Positions 48,475 through 60,695 of a stretch of DNA of 64,000 nt are shown piece after piece. Under the pieces are notes generated by a model. It was not told the DNA's origin. It saw only the letters and a program-made list of their open reading frames with translations, and made no database searches. Location of the stretch: the NCBI RefSeq assembly GCF_963921235.1, contig NC_086118.1:21392001-21456000 (forward strand). Reading direction: 5' to 3'. The position numbers and the translations under genes are program-made. Source of the stretch: Mobula hypostoma (lineage: Eukaryota). Every line of letters begins with the position of its first letter. The stretch's first letter is position 1.

Positions 48475-49070
48475 CACACGAGGAAATCTGCAGATGCTGG
48501 AATTTCAAGCAACACACTTAAAAGTTGCTGGTGAACACAGCAGGCCAGGCAGCATCTCTAGGAAGCGGTACAGTTGACGTTTTGGGCCGAGACCCTTCGT
48601 CAGGACTAACTGAAAGAAGAGCTAGTAAGAGATTTGAAAGTGGGAGGGGGAGGGGAGATCCAAAATGATAGAAGACAGGAGGGGGAGGGATGGAGCCAAG
48701 AGCTGGACAGGTGATTGGCAAAAGGGATATGAGAGGATCATGGGACGGGAGGCCTAGGGAGAAAGAAAAGGAGGAGGGGGATGCCCAGAGGATAGGCAAG
48801 GGATATAGTGAGAGGGACAGAGGGAGAAAAAGGAGAGAGAGAGAGAAAAAGAATGTGTGTATATAAATAAATAAATAATGGACGGGGTATGAGGGGGAGG
48901 TGGGGCATTAGCGGAAGTTTGAGAAGTCAATGTTCATGCCATCAGGTTCGAGGCTACCCAGATGGAATATAAGGTGTTGTTCCTCCAACCTGAGTGTGGC
49001 TTCATCTTTACAGTAGAGGAGGTCGTGGATAGACATATCAGAATGGGAATGGCGGACAGAGCGTAGGTGT
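48475..49070 (-). mobile_element. Penelope-like 3' end with hammerhead (48571-48607)
   Basis: The minus strand reads EATLRLEEQHLIFHLGSLEPDGMNIDFSNF, then a pyrimidine-rich UTR, then AGTC-CTGACGA-A-GGGTCTCGGCCC-AAAAC-GTC-AACTG. This links the hammerhead repeat physically to the GIY-YIG ORF. Confidence 0.85.
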
Positions 49071-50879
49071 TCAGGTGTTCTCCTCTACTGTACCTCTTGA
49101 ACCAACTCTTCACTCAATTTCACTTACTGGCTATTTGCCCTTTTGGGTGCAGTCTTTCATCGCTGCTATGGAGGTTATTGAATTTACTGAGTATGCCCAC
49201 AAGAAAATGAATCTCAGGTTTGTATATGGTGACGTATATGTACTTTGATAATCAGTTTACTCTGAACTTTGGATGAGAGCATTGTTGGGTGAGTCAGTCT
49301 GGAGGAACTGGATGGACTCGTGGAGGAGGGCAGAGGGAGTGAGACTGGCTGTGGTTCTGTAACAAGGATCTGGTATGAACTTGCCAGATAGGAAGCCCCT
49401 CGTCTCCATCTGGGGGGGGGGCATCCCCAGAGCAGTGGGTGATCAGCAGGTCCACTGACTCTTGCACAGATTGTGGGGGGGGGGGTGCGGGGTTAAGGGA
49501 ACTCTTTCTGACTGCATGGGTTCTGGGGGTGTAGGTGATGAGGTTCTGGGAACAGAACTGGGGGTTTGGCTCATGATCTGTAGGGTTGGTCATAAGATGC
49601 TTGTCAACACAGAACGGTTGAATGATGTGGGCTTTGAAGTTGGTGGGCATCTGCCGGGTAATCAGCTCATCTTTCAAGCTCTCTGAGAGGCCATGATGGC
49701 AATGGAACAGCAGTGATTCCACATTCCAGCCTCACTCCTCTAGGAGGGTGTTGAATTCCACCGTGTAATCCAGTACAGAGTTTCAGCCGTGACACAGGCG
49801 AAATATCAAATCCACTGCCTGCCTTCCACTTCCAATGGTTGAATACCTGGTGCATCTCGCCAGTGAAATCCTCATGTTTGTCATTAGTGGTGGTTTTACT
49901 GTCCCAGTTAGGAATGGCTCAGGTCAGAGCTCACCCAGTCAGGAGAGAGGTGAGGAAGGTGACTTAGACCCATTCTCTACAACACAGGGACAGCTGGAGC
50001 TCGAAGGGTAAGACACACTGGAACAGGAAGTTGCGATATTAGTTTGGAGATCCACTGAAGCATTTGGGCACGGGAATCTGGGGCTCAGAGTGAGGAGGTT
50101 GACTGGGGTGGAGCTGCTGCCCTGAGCTGGAGGCTTGGATGAGAGTGCTGGACAGATGGCCAATCATTTCCTGCTGCTTCTGGACCATGTGCTCGTGTCA
50201 GTTGATGACTTCTTTTCAGTGAGCATATTCTACCGGGTCAATTAAGGGTTTATTCATCTTGTCAGGAATTGCAGAGGGGGCTTGAGCCAAAAGCAGATCA
50301 GTGGGGGGATTCAGCAGTGAAGGAGAACTATAATAATAGACCACAATATAACGAGCTACAAGGGCTCACAAAACAAAAGAGAACAGAAACTAAACACAAC
50401 AGGCAACTAGGTGCATTTTAGGCAGGAAGGGTGAAAGCTAGGAGCAACTGGTTGAGGTTAGCTGGTTTAATGATGAGAGCTGGGGCTAAATAGGCTTCAG
50501 GTGATGAGTCTGGAATGAGTAGCAGGTGAATTCTCTGAGTTGGGTGGCAAATGGGAGGTGCCTGCATGTGCAGGCCTGACAAAAGGAGTCCAGTGACGAT
50601 TGATTTCTGAGATGCCACATTTGTCATATGAGGAATGATCTGGCAATGTTTATTCTCTCTTAAGGTTAGAGAAATGATAGATGATTTCAATGAAGTGTAC
50701 ATAATCTTAAAAGCCTTTCCAGCGTTCAAGTGGAGTTGATATTTCCTTGGCTGAGGCCTTACAAGCAGGATTTGTAGTGTCAATATAAGCAACTGACTAT
50801 TCAGAATAAAGGTGAAAAGAAATGTCCTAATTACGAGGTTATTTCTAGTACAAGGAAAGTAATACCAACTCTGCCTTTA

Positions 50880-51340
50880 CAAATTCACTGGAAGGGTCAA
50901 TGAACCAAAGTGTCCTCTCCCAGGTCAACAGCCCTGGTTATACTTGGTTGGCTACCTCCCTCTGAGCTGATACTAGCCTCTTGAAATTGTCATAGGAAAG
51001 GATTACCAGCTGGGCAGGGAGAGAAAAATCAAAGATATGTTCAAAACCTTTTTGAAGAAATGCAACATTCCTACTGAATCTTGAGAATCTCTCACCCAAG
51101 ACTTCTCAAAGTGAAAAAGAGCATTTAGAGATGAAGACGAAAATTGGGAACCTGAAGGCTGTAGATTGGGAGCACAGAGAGGAAAAAGGAGAGCATCACA
51201 CAAAAATACCCAGGCACTATCTCTGTCAACCATCTATAGAACAGCCTGTATTTTCCACTTTGGCTTCATTAGAACCTAGAAAACTGGAGAGGTAGCAAGT
51301 CATCCTTGATCCCAAGGGACTGGCTAAGGAAAGAAGACAG
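50880..51340 (+). mobile_element. Old RTE-like LINE 3' end
   Basis: KDMFKTFLKKCNIPTES*ESLTQD.SK*K remnant, related to 63200-63570. Confidence 0.5.
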
Positions 51341-52939
51341 ATCTTTTGAATTCTGAAATTCCAAAAGACATAAGAGACTCAGTTGCTGAATATTTTAAAG
51401 TTAAGGATAATTAGATTTTATGGTGATAAGGGAAGGAAAGGATATGGAGTTAGTATGAGAGAGTGAAAGAGTAGAAGATTAATCCGGTCTTTGTTGAATA
51501 GTGGAATGGACACCAGGGGCCCAATGGTTTACATCTGTTTCTATTTCTTTTATTATTCTTCAATAACCTTCTCCCCAACAGGCCTACAAGATTTTTCAAG
51601 TATATATCCAATCCTTTCAAAGCTACTGCTAAATCTGTTTTCACTTTAATAAGTAATTGCAGTAATTCTTATTCGCAGCAATACCTTTTAATGGTAAGCT
51701 GTTCTCACATTCCGAATCCTTCTTGCATTCCCTACATATTGGCATAGACATTAAAAAATGGCAGCATTAAGAGCAACACTCAAAACTAATCTTCTGGAGG
51801 TTTCCGAGGCATTTTTATTAATATCACAAAAGACTAAGTATTTTGATTTTGCTTATAAATATCAAGGGGCTGCTACATCATATTCTGGAAGTGATCAACA
51901 TTAATTTTACCGGTATATTTATTTTAGGATTTCCATGAAAGAATTAGTCAGTTGTTTCAATGGCCAATATTGTTGGGGAGACTGATGGAATTTGTTTTTA
52001 CCAACACTGTGTGACTTTAAGTTTACTCATAGTGGAACAAGGAGCCCTATGCTTAACTTTAACATACTACTCCCTACTTAATATTAGCATACTTCTCCAA
52101 GGAGTTATTTACTGACTATTAAATAAAAACTCAAAATCTCAGTAAAGGGGCTTAAAAACAATCTGATGAGTTTACATTTTCAATTAATAATCTGACCAAA
52201 AATATTGAGGGGAAATTTAGTTTTAAGATGTAAAATTAGGACAATGTCAATAAATTCACTAATTGCACCTGAGGATACACAACTATTATCACTGGAATTC
52301 ACCTTCATTAAGCTGCCATGAAGAAAAATGAACATGTTCTTTATTTTCGTCTTTCAAGGTTATTATTTATCTGCTACCCTTAAGTGTCCCTGAAATGAGT
52401 GGCTTGCTTGGGTATTTCGGTGGAGTTGAGAAGGAGATTTTGGTGGGTCTGCAGTTGTGTACAGATTAGGTGGATTGAGGACTCTGGACTTCTTTCCCTG
52501 AAGAAATAAAATTAGTAAATAAATGAAATAGACTTTTAAAATAACTATCCAATATTTTATAGCTCATTATTTTGTCATCAGAGAGTCACAATCAATTGCT
52601 TCTCTAACTGAGAATCTTACCATGCCGAGCCATGATGGATGGTGGTTCCAAAGGAAACTACCAGCTGTACCCATGCGCACACCGGGAAAACTCAGACTTG
52701 TGCGCTTGTCCAACCGAACACAAAAACCAAAGAGGTCCTACTACTGATAGTTCGCTTTGTTGCTGGACTCACCATTATGCCTAGTGGTGGAGCTGTAGCT
52801 TGCTTAAGAGAAGATGCTGGTGTATCTCACATTAGGATCTCAGCTTCAAGAAAACTGACATTTCAGTGCCAGTCCTTTTCCATTTTTTTTACTCTGGACA
52901 AATGTAAGTGCTTTACTTAATTTTAATATTTCAGTTTTA

Positions 52940-53385
52940 ACATAGAAATCTACAGCATATTACAGGCCCTCCGACCCATAATGTTGTGCCGACCTACTCC
53001 AGGAACTGCTTAGAATTTCCCTACTGTTTAGCCCTCTATTTCTCTAAGCTCCAAGTACCTATCTAAGAAAGACCCTACTGTATCTGCCTCTACCACCTTC
53101 GCTGGCAGTGCATTCCAAGCACCCACCATTCTCCGTGAAAAACTTACCTCTGACTTCCCCCTTGTACCTACTTCCAAGCACCTTAAAACGATGCCCCCTC
53201 ATGATAGCCATTTCAGCCCAGGGAAAAAGCTTCTGGCTATCCACATGATCAATGCCTTTCATCATCTAATACACCTCTATCAGGTCACCTCTCATCCTAT
53301 ATTGCTCCAAGGAGAAAAAGTCAAGTTCACTCAACATATTCTCATAAGGCGTGCTCTCCAATCCAGGCGACATACTTGTAAATAT
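52940..53385 (-). mobile_element. CR1 LINE 3' end
   Basis: MMKGIDHVDSQKLFPWAEMAIMRGHRFKVLGSRYKGEVRGKFFT with the CR1 tail. Confidence 0.88.
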
Positions 53386-54949
53386 TTTAGGTGTATTTCA
53401 ATCATTTTAAACTTAAGAGTATTCTTTTTAACATTATTTAAAGATGCTTTTTAAATGTGAATGTGAAACATTAAAACTTGTTAACATGTTTTTACAGGTT
53501 TTAACTGCAATCATTCTAGGATTGGGGCATTAGGGCACACTGTCTGATGCCTACATGCTAAAGTAGAGCTCTCCCCAATTTGCCAGATGCTTGTCAGTTG
53601 CAGGTGGCCATTGGTCAATTCTCTGCATCTGCCAAACATGTGGCTGGGTGGAGTCTATGGGGGAGGAGTCTGGGCAGTGAATGGGATCCAGCATTGACCT
53701 GCTCAATGCTGAATTATTGGCCATTTTATGGTTTGGATATGCCAACCTTTTGGGTCCACAGTTAGTGGAACTATTTTGTGAGTAAACAAGCACATCAAAG
53801 GAATCAGATCAAGGCAATTTTCAATTGGGAAGATTCTGCAGATGGGGGACTTTCATCTGTGTGTTCTCTGCAGACCAAGCACAATTGGCTTCTAAATCAG
53901 CAAACAATTAGGTAAAGATACCACATATTTGCAACATATAAAAATTGCCACATGGCTTTGGGTCATTGTTAACATCAGATATGCACTCACCTTCATTGAT
54001 TCTATGACTATGCACCCTAGAAACTTTCGTAATATTCACATTTGATATAGAGTGCATCTCTATCACTGATGCTGATATCACTCCTTAGGTTAATATTTTT
54101 GGCTGCTCAAGTAGCCAGCTTTCTTGTTAGTTTTTTTTTCTCTAACAAAGCAGATAAGTTATTGGAATCTCTTTCATGAAAAACATCCCTTAATCAAAAG
54201 TGGCAATATTATGGTTTCTCTCTGTTATGAATGCTGCCGCAATTTTTTGTCTCTACGTACTGATTTGCACTATGAGTTAAATTAAAAGTAGTTTATAACA
54301 ACACATTCCTGCATTTTCCAAGAATGTTTGAGCATTCAGTGCAGAATTATTTAAGGAGAGTGTCACCAAACCATTAACATGAATGCCACATATGCTCAGT
54401 TCTGCCTTTATGTGCATTGTATTTCGTCTGTTCCTCTGAGTGTTGCTTTGGGTTTTATATTCATGTTTTGATGCAAGTTTTAACATAAAAGTTAAAAATT
54501 AACTTCCAAATGATTAGCAAACGGAAACATTGATTTTCCAGTAACATCACCACACACTCCTGTGTTTGAACTGTTGGTGAAATGTTTTTCAGATACACAG
54601 ATTTTAACTTTGGAACCTACGTGACTGTGGCCTTCTTCCCAGCAGGCAGGTTGTATAGTTTTCTGAATGTTTATATAAAAGCCACAAATGCTAGAAATAA
54701 AAACTAACTTGAGGTAACAGGTTAGTTCTCACTCGCTCTTTCCCAGTTCTGATACACGTTCTTCAACCAGAAACATTAACTCTTGCTTTTCTTTCCACAA
54801 TATGGCTCGGCCTGCTGAATGTTGCTGACATTTTCTGTTTTTATTGCCTAGTTTCCTCCCTGGAAAGTTTGCATGAACAAGTAACCTGTAAATTGAAAGA
54901 GAGTAATCTCGCATTTACATGGCATCTTTAAATATCCCAATCACAAAAG

Positions 54950-55327
54950 AAACAATCTGCAGATGCTGGAAATCCTAACAACACACACAAGATGCTGGAG
55001 GAACTCTCTTTAGGGATGCCTACCCCGAAGAAGTTTAAAGTATGTTTAGGGATGCTTACTGTGAAGAAATTTAAATCTTCCCTTCGACGGGAGTTCAGTG
55101 AAACCCTTTCTCACTGCTCCCTCTCTGTGATCTTTGCTGCCCCCCAACTCTTCGATCACGTGCACCTATCACCTTGTGTTTCTTCTTCCCCCCACCCCCA
55201 CCTTCTAACTCTTACTCCTCATCTTTTTTTTTCAGTCCTGATGAAGGGTCTTGGCCCGAAACGTCGACTATACTCTTTCATAGATGCTGCCTGATCTGCT
55301 GAGTTCCTCCAGCATTTTGTGTGTGTT
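54950..55327. mobile_element. Penelope-like element with inverted terminal arms and intact hammerhead
   Basis: AACACACACAAGATGCTGGAGGAACTC at the left is the reverse complement of GAGTTCCTCCAGCATTTTGTGTGTGTT at the right. Confidence 0.8.
55234..55269 (+). ncRNA. Minimal type I hammerhead ribozyme motif (intact copy) in a Penelope-like terminal repeat
   Basis: AGTC | CTGATGA | A | GGGT-CTTG-GCCC | GAAAC | GTC | GACT. Stem I is AGUC/GACU, both catalytic boxes are complete, stem II forms, and helix III is the palindrome ACGU. Predicted cleavage is after C55265. Confidence 0.75.
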
Positions 55328-55328
55328 A

Positions 55329-55655
55329 TTACATCCCAAAGCACTTTATGGTCAATGACGCCAGTTTGAATTTTAGTCGCTGCTTAAGTATTGGAAAGTA
55401 AGTAGCAAATTTGTGCACAGCAAGCTCCCACAAAATGATAAGTGACCAGGGTTATCTTCTCTTTAGGAGAACTCCCTTGCATTTTGCTGTACAGTACTTG
55501 TCCCAGAGAGCTTATTGCATTCACATGATGACTGCTTCTTCTGGGAAATAAAACTGCATTTTAAGCAGCGGAGTCCTCTATTGGTACTGCCAGCTTAGAT
55601 TTTATACTCGGAGTGGAGCCTGAAACCATAGCGTCCTGACTCAGTGGAGAGAAAG
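55329..55655 (-). mobile_element. Deu-domain SINE (SacSINE1/AmnSINE1-like)
   Basis: Ordered blocks CATCCCAAAGCACTTTA, AATTTGTGCACAGCAAGCTCCC, GGAGAACTCCCTTGC, CAGCTTAGATTT and GGAGTGGAGCCTGAAACC..CTGACTCAG match the recalled reverse-complement consensus. Confidence 0.6.
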
Positions 55656-55659
55656 GGTA

Positions 55660-56220
55660 TATTTGGGGTGCAAGTTCATAACTTCCTGAAAGTGGCAACA
55701 GAAATGGAGAAGGTGGAAAAAAGGGTATATTCTTGCCTTCACCTGCTGGGTCATTGAATATAAAAGTTGGCAAGTCATTTTGTACCTGTATACATCTTTA
55801 ATTAGGCCACTAATGGAGTATTGTGTGAAGTTCTGGTTACTACACTACAGGAAGGATGTGGAAGCTTTGGAGAGGGTGCAGAAGTTGTTCTCCAGGATGT
55901 AGGGTAGTGTTCTCTACGGCACTGTACCGTGAGAGGCAACCTGACTTAAGTACAGCATATACAATTATGAGAGGCAGAGATGGCCGGCGTCTTTTTCCTC
56001 AGGGTTGACATTTCAAACACTGAAAGATGAGAGGGGAAAATGTAAGGGAGATGTGCGAGGCAAACAGATAAGCACAACTTTAAGAGGTAGTTAGGCAGTC
56101 CTGAACAGGAAAGGGAATAGAGGGCTACAGACTATTCGGAGGCAGATGGGATTAGTTAGATTAACATCATAGTCAGCGCAGGTGCCAAGAGGCCTGCTTC
56201 TGTGCTGTTGTACTATGTTG
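55660..56220 (+). mobile_element. Old CR1 3' fragment
   Basis: LYTSLIRPLMEYCVKFWLLHYRKDVEALERVQKLFSRM remnant. Confidence 0.75.
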
Positions 56221-56509
56221 TAAAAACCTAGCAAAGGTGGAACTGGGGAAGAAATCCTTCAAACTTAGCCAAAGAGCGAAGGCTCTGGCGGAGAATCGGG
56301 ACGCATGAGATGAGAAGCTGTGGTGCGGGAGCCGAATGAAAAGGCCGGAAACAGAAGAGATTCTGCAGATGCTGGAAGTCTCGAACAACGCACACAAAAT
56401 GTTGGAGGACTCAGAAGGTTAATGGAGGGGAATCAACTGCCGACGTTTCGGATGTCCCTCCACAGACGCTGACCCGACCTGCTGAATTGCTCCCGCACTT
56501 TGCGTGCAT

Positions 56510-56847
56510 CGGTCGATGATCCGAGCCTGGTTTTGGCGGCAGCCTTGCGAGGAGGCGGAGCGGAGCCTGGCCGGGCTGGCTATCAGCTGCAATGCAGCCG
56601 CGTGACGTGGAGCCGGGAGTCTTACTACACAGAAACTGCTGCATTGAGGAAATGTGATGCTCTGTCATGCCTCAGCTCCGGGAGTAGAGCGCGGCGGGCT
56701 GCAACAACAACACGCTCAGTGAACACTCCTCAACCCAAACCATAATGTAGAGAGAAGCAGCATCCAGTCCTCGAGGTTTCTGGGATTTCATTTCACACCA
56801 CCTTCTCCCCCTGGCACTCGGAACAGAGGAGAGCTGAAGAAAAGAAA
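56510..56847 (+). promoter_or_regulatory. METRNL CpG-rich promoter / 5' UTR
   Basis: CpG-dense stretch directly upstream of the ATG, with GC-box-like GGAGGCGGAG and TGACGTGG at 56603-56610. Confidence 0.7.
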
Positions 56848-56945
56848 ATGTTAAGTACAGCGTTGGACTCGCTGATCGCGGTGCTCCTGGTTTGCAGAGC
56901 GGCGACCTCGCAGTACTCGAGCAACCAGTGCAGTTGGAAGGGAAG
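56848..56945 (+). CDS. METRNL: METRNL (meteorin-like) coding exon 1, signal peptide
   Basis: Encodes MLSTALDSLIAVLLVCRAATSQYSSNQCSWKG plus AG. A hydrophobic leader is followed by the QYSSxxCSWKGS motif of METRNL. Donor AG|gtgagc is phase 2, matching exon 2. Not in the ORF track. Confidence 0.92.
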
Positions 56946-59395
56946 GTGAGCAGTAACCTCACTAACCTGTAACCTGTCACACAGAGAGAGAGAGAGAGAG
57001 AGTGGGGGTGGGGGGAGAGCGAGCAAAACCACACGCAGGATCTACGGTAGAGGTCAACCTCCCGGACCTGTACCGGAATGCCACGACTAGTCAGGGGAAG
57101 AAGCCTGTCTTCCTGTGGTTCTCCAGTAGCCCACGCTCTGCCACCGTGTTGGTGCTTTTGGGGATTAGAGAGAGGACGTATTGACCCCAAACCGGTGCCG
57201 GATCTGGCCAGTGTTTGAAAATGGTCTGCATTGGCTGTTGAGTTTTTGACACTTTTTAAATGTACTCGTATATCAATTTGCTGTGATTACATGTTCCTCC
57301 GAGGTTTTATTTTGGGTAGATAAAACATTTAACTACTTATTAGCGAGGAGCATTGGAACTATTTTCAAAAGCCTTAGATTTTAATTATTTTAGTTCCTGC
57401 TTAAGGTTTGGTTTAAATTGGATAAAGGACTATCTCGACCTCGAGAGTTTAATGAGCTGTTTCTATCCTGTGATTTAGTTCCAAAGTAAAAAGCAGTGGA
57501 AACTAACTCTCGGTCCTCTCCCCTCTAGAAGAAACGTACCCATCACTTCCAAGTACTTAACCAGGAGAGCCTTTTAAATGGGAACACTTTGATCAAAATA
57601 AGACTTTACAAGGTGGCAGAGTTGTGATTATACGTATAGTTGTATGTTTTAAGTACGTTTTAAAATAATAATTTTGTATTCAGAAGTCCTCTTTCCTCTG
57701 TAAGTTTCAATGAAACACCAGCCACCCACTGCCGTTTCCCAATTCTGTTCACGCACATGACTCACTGGGTGAAGGTGCCACCGTGAGTAACTGCTGTTTT
57801 GAAGGGTGAAGGCGCAGGCAGCATCGATTTTCTATAACGACACAGAACGGCAGTTTGTTTCCAAGAGCTTTTGCCTGGAAGACAAATTGGCGATCTCTCA
57901 ATAAGCTACCGGCTCTTGAATACAGTGCCCCGATCTTGGGAGGATTCATCGTATGCGGAGGTTGGGAGGGGTGCTGGCTTAACGGAGGTCCACTTGAACA
58001 GAATGTAGAAAAGGTTACACCAGAACTCTGAGGGAGCTGTCACCTATGGGTGCTGTGGAGAGTAAGAATTGAAGTGACAGCAACGCTTCTTTTTTATTAA
58101 ACCTTTAACCGAATCTTTTTTTTTGCTGTGGTGGTTCTCAAAAATGTGGTTCATCCAAAGTTGAGCCTTGCTTTTATAACCTGATAGGAAAATATTGCAA
58201 TTCCTGTTTGATTGGACCTCTGCGGTGTGTGTTAATGCAACACCATAGAAATCTTGCTGTGAAATGTATAGCATTTTAAGCAAAATATTAATATTTGGAC
58301 TTTTGCTACCTTTTCCAGCCTTTTCTTTTTAAAAAAAATCCCGACTAATTATTTTCATGCTAATTAGTCAAGTATTGAAGCTATTTTGTTTGCTCATCTC
58401 AAAACCTTTGTGCGTACTTGTAGGTATTACTTGACATGTGGTGATTAAATCCTGGGAGGTCTGAGACGTTCTCCAGACAAAGCAAGTTTACTTTACCCAG
58501 GAAAAGTTTGCCAAAGCTAATGAAAACTGACCCGTTATCTGTCAATGCGTTTACAAGCATGAGATAAATCAACTCAAAATAATGACCACTTAAATATGGA
58601 TTACTGCAATATGATGAGAATACCCTGACAATTTAATTGGAAAGATAAGCTGTTTGTACTTGATTTTTCTTAAAGTTCACTTATTCCAAAAATGTAAACA
58701 ATCTAAACCAACCTGACCACTGTGGACATATACATACCAAAGGTTCATACAATAATATCATTCCAGTACTGTTAATTGCTATTAGTGTATTCTGGATCCA
58801 CAAAAATGACAAGGCATACACCTGAAAAGTTATAAAATTACTACCAAAAATTAAGTGTTTCAAAATGTATTTTGTTACAAATAGTAGACAATATACTATG
58901 CGAAAGCCAATGTGATCTGGTAAATTCCAAACAAAAATTTATTTGAGGAAAAATATACTGACTGATTGAATCATTAATTTCTGAGATGGATTATGAAGGC
59001 TTATGATGGTTTGAAAAACAATTGCAAAATTTCTATTGTTTATACAGGATCCAAAAGAATAGAGATCAAAATGGTCATCTAGGATGTATAAAACCCAGTT
59101 CAAGAGCAGCAGTTATTTTGTTTCTTTGAGAGAGCCATCCATAATAATGCATAATAGGTAGTTTGGTTTTGCAAGTTGGATGCATTCCACTAAAGGCATT
59201 GTTATCTTCAGTTCACTTTTTTTCTAATATGCTTCTTTCTAAAATCACTAAGTATTATTGGATTCTCTCTTCCATTGCAGTTTGAGGTACCAAAAAAGAA
59301 TGTAAAGGGATTATTACAAGAAAATCTTCACTGGAAATTACCCAAAGGTATTCACTGTGTAGATTTTAATTTTGTTTGTTCTGTTTTTCTTCTAG

Positions 59396-59781
59396 TGGTT
59401 TAACGCATAATGCTCACTCCAGAGATGTAGAACAGGTGTACCTGCGCTGTTCTGAAGGTTCATTGGAATGGTTGTATCCTACTGGAGCCCTGAGGGTTAA
59501 TTTACGAACCAATCTAGCATCATCTTACAAAAACTTGACTGTCTGCATTAAGCCTTTCAAAGATTCCAAGGGAGCTAATATTTATTTAGAAAAGGCTGGT
59601 GATCTGAAACTACTTGTGACTGAAGAGGACCACGTCCCTAACAAAGTATATTGTTTCGGCATGGATGAGGGGGCACTCTTTATCCAGGCCACCCCTCAGA
59701 TGGACATAAGCAGAAAAATCACTGGTTTTCAGTATGAATTATTTAAAGATAGGACTGTTGCAGATTTACACAATGCACCAG
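59396..59781 (+). CDS. METRNL: METRNL coding exon 2 (CUB-like domain)
   Basis: 386 nt encoding GLTHNAHSRDVEQVYLRCSEGSLEWLYPTGALRVNLR...GALFIQATPQMDISRKITGFQYEL. Pyrimidine tract plus tctag acceptor, donor G|gtaagt. Adjacency to B3GNTL1 supports METRNL rather than METRN. Confidence 0.96.
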
Positions 59782-60695
59782 GTAAGTCATATATTCAGGA
59801 TTTCTGTTGCAAATTACTTGCTGGTTTTAGGAATCTAAATAATAAATGGTGAAAGAATTATTACCTTGCTATTATAGTCTTGACTGGGAGTAACTCTTGA
59901 TGGCGGCTTATGTGCTCATTATATTCAGGTGTAGTTAACACTGATATGGAAACAGATGATGGGCTGTTTGGGTAACCTTCAATTGACTTATTTTTGGCTT
60001 CAATTATTTACTCTGTTTAGCCTCACTATCAACTTTTCTCTTTCAGCTGGAGGTTTTAGATAGCCTGAATTGTGGAGTCATGTAGAATGGCATCCACTGG
60101 TATTGCAGGATTAGCTGCACAGAGATAACTAACTTGAGTACACAATATGCTGCAAGGTTCATTTGCCTGACCGTGTGTGAAAAATTAAATATAACATTCG
60201 GGTACTGCTCAACCAGCAATACTGAATAAGTCTGGTTCATTTAATTAATAAGTGCCAGACAAAATCAGAGTACCCACTATGTTTACTGCAATATATAACC
60301 ATAAATAATTTTGGTGAGTGGGTTGAAAACTGATTTGTTCTTTAAAGTTACTTGGGTTAAATGGGGCTTAACATGCTGACCTCTGAAAAACCTTAGGACT
60401 GGCTTGCATTTCTTGACGCTGAGGATACCAAGTACAAAAATATTTTCTTTTGCACACACGTCTTTATTCTCCTATGTAAAAGAACAACAAACTTGGGTAT
60501 CATTATGCATCAACAAATGCATTACTAGTATATTGTGTCAAGAATAAGCTTGCAATAAATTGTAATATGTACCGAGACACTGCTACCTATTGCAATTCCA
60601 GTACATGGGGTAATTCTGAAAAGAGATCCATAAATCGACTGTAAAATAAGTTAAGATGATGTGCATCAGTCACATTCTTAGCTTTATTTCACCCA

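Larger units (their letters stand above)
45204..50581 (-). mobile_element. Gypsy (sushi-like) LTR retrotransposon, internally deleted and multiply invaded
   Basis: Two related LTRs TGTCAGGAATT...GCAGGCCTGACA (45204-45913 and 50260-50581) and a 5-bp TSD AAAGG (45199-45203, 50582-50586). The integrase remnant at 45948-46175 reads MDFIMGLPPS...VVDQFFKVAHFIPLPKL...HGFPQDTVSDWGPQF. Confidence 0.88.

Noticed and set aside
50246..50259. Specific self-priming pairing between the Gypsy PBS region and its LTR
   Set aside because: Only about a 7/8-nt match (AGATGAAT versus AGGTGAAT), too short and decayed to support.
56411..57190. Antisense ORFs over the METRNL promoter and exon 1
   Set aside because: Expected in GC-rich DNA; they have no recognisable domains and overlap repeats and the true exon.
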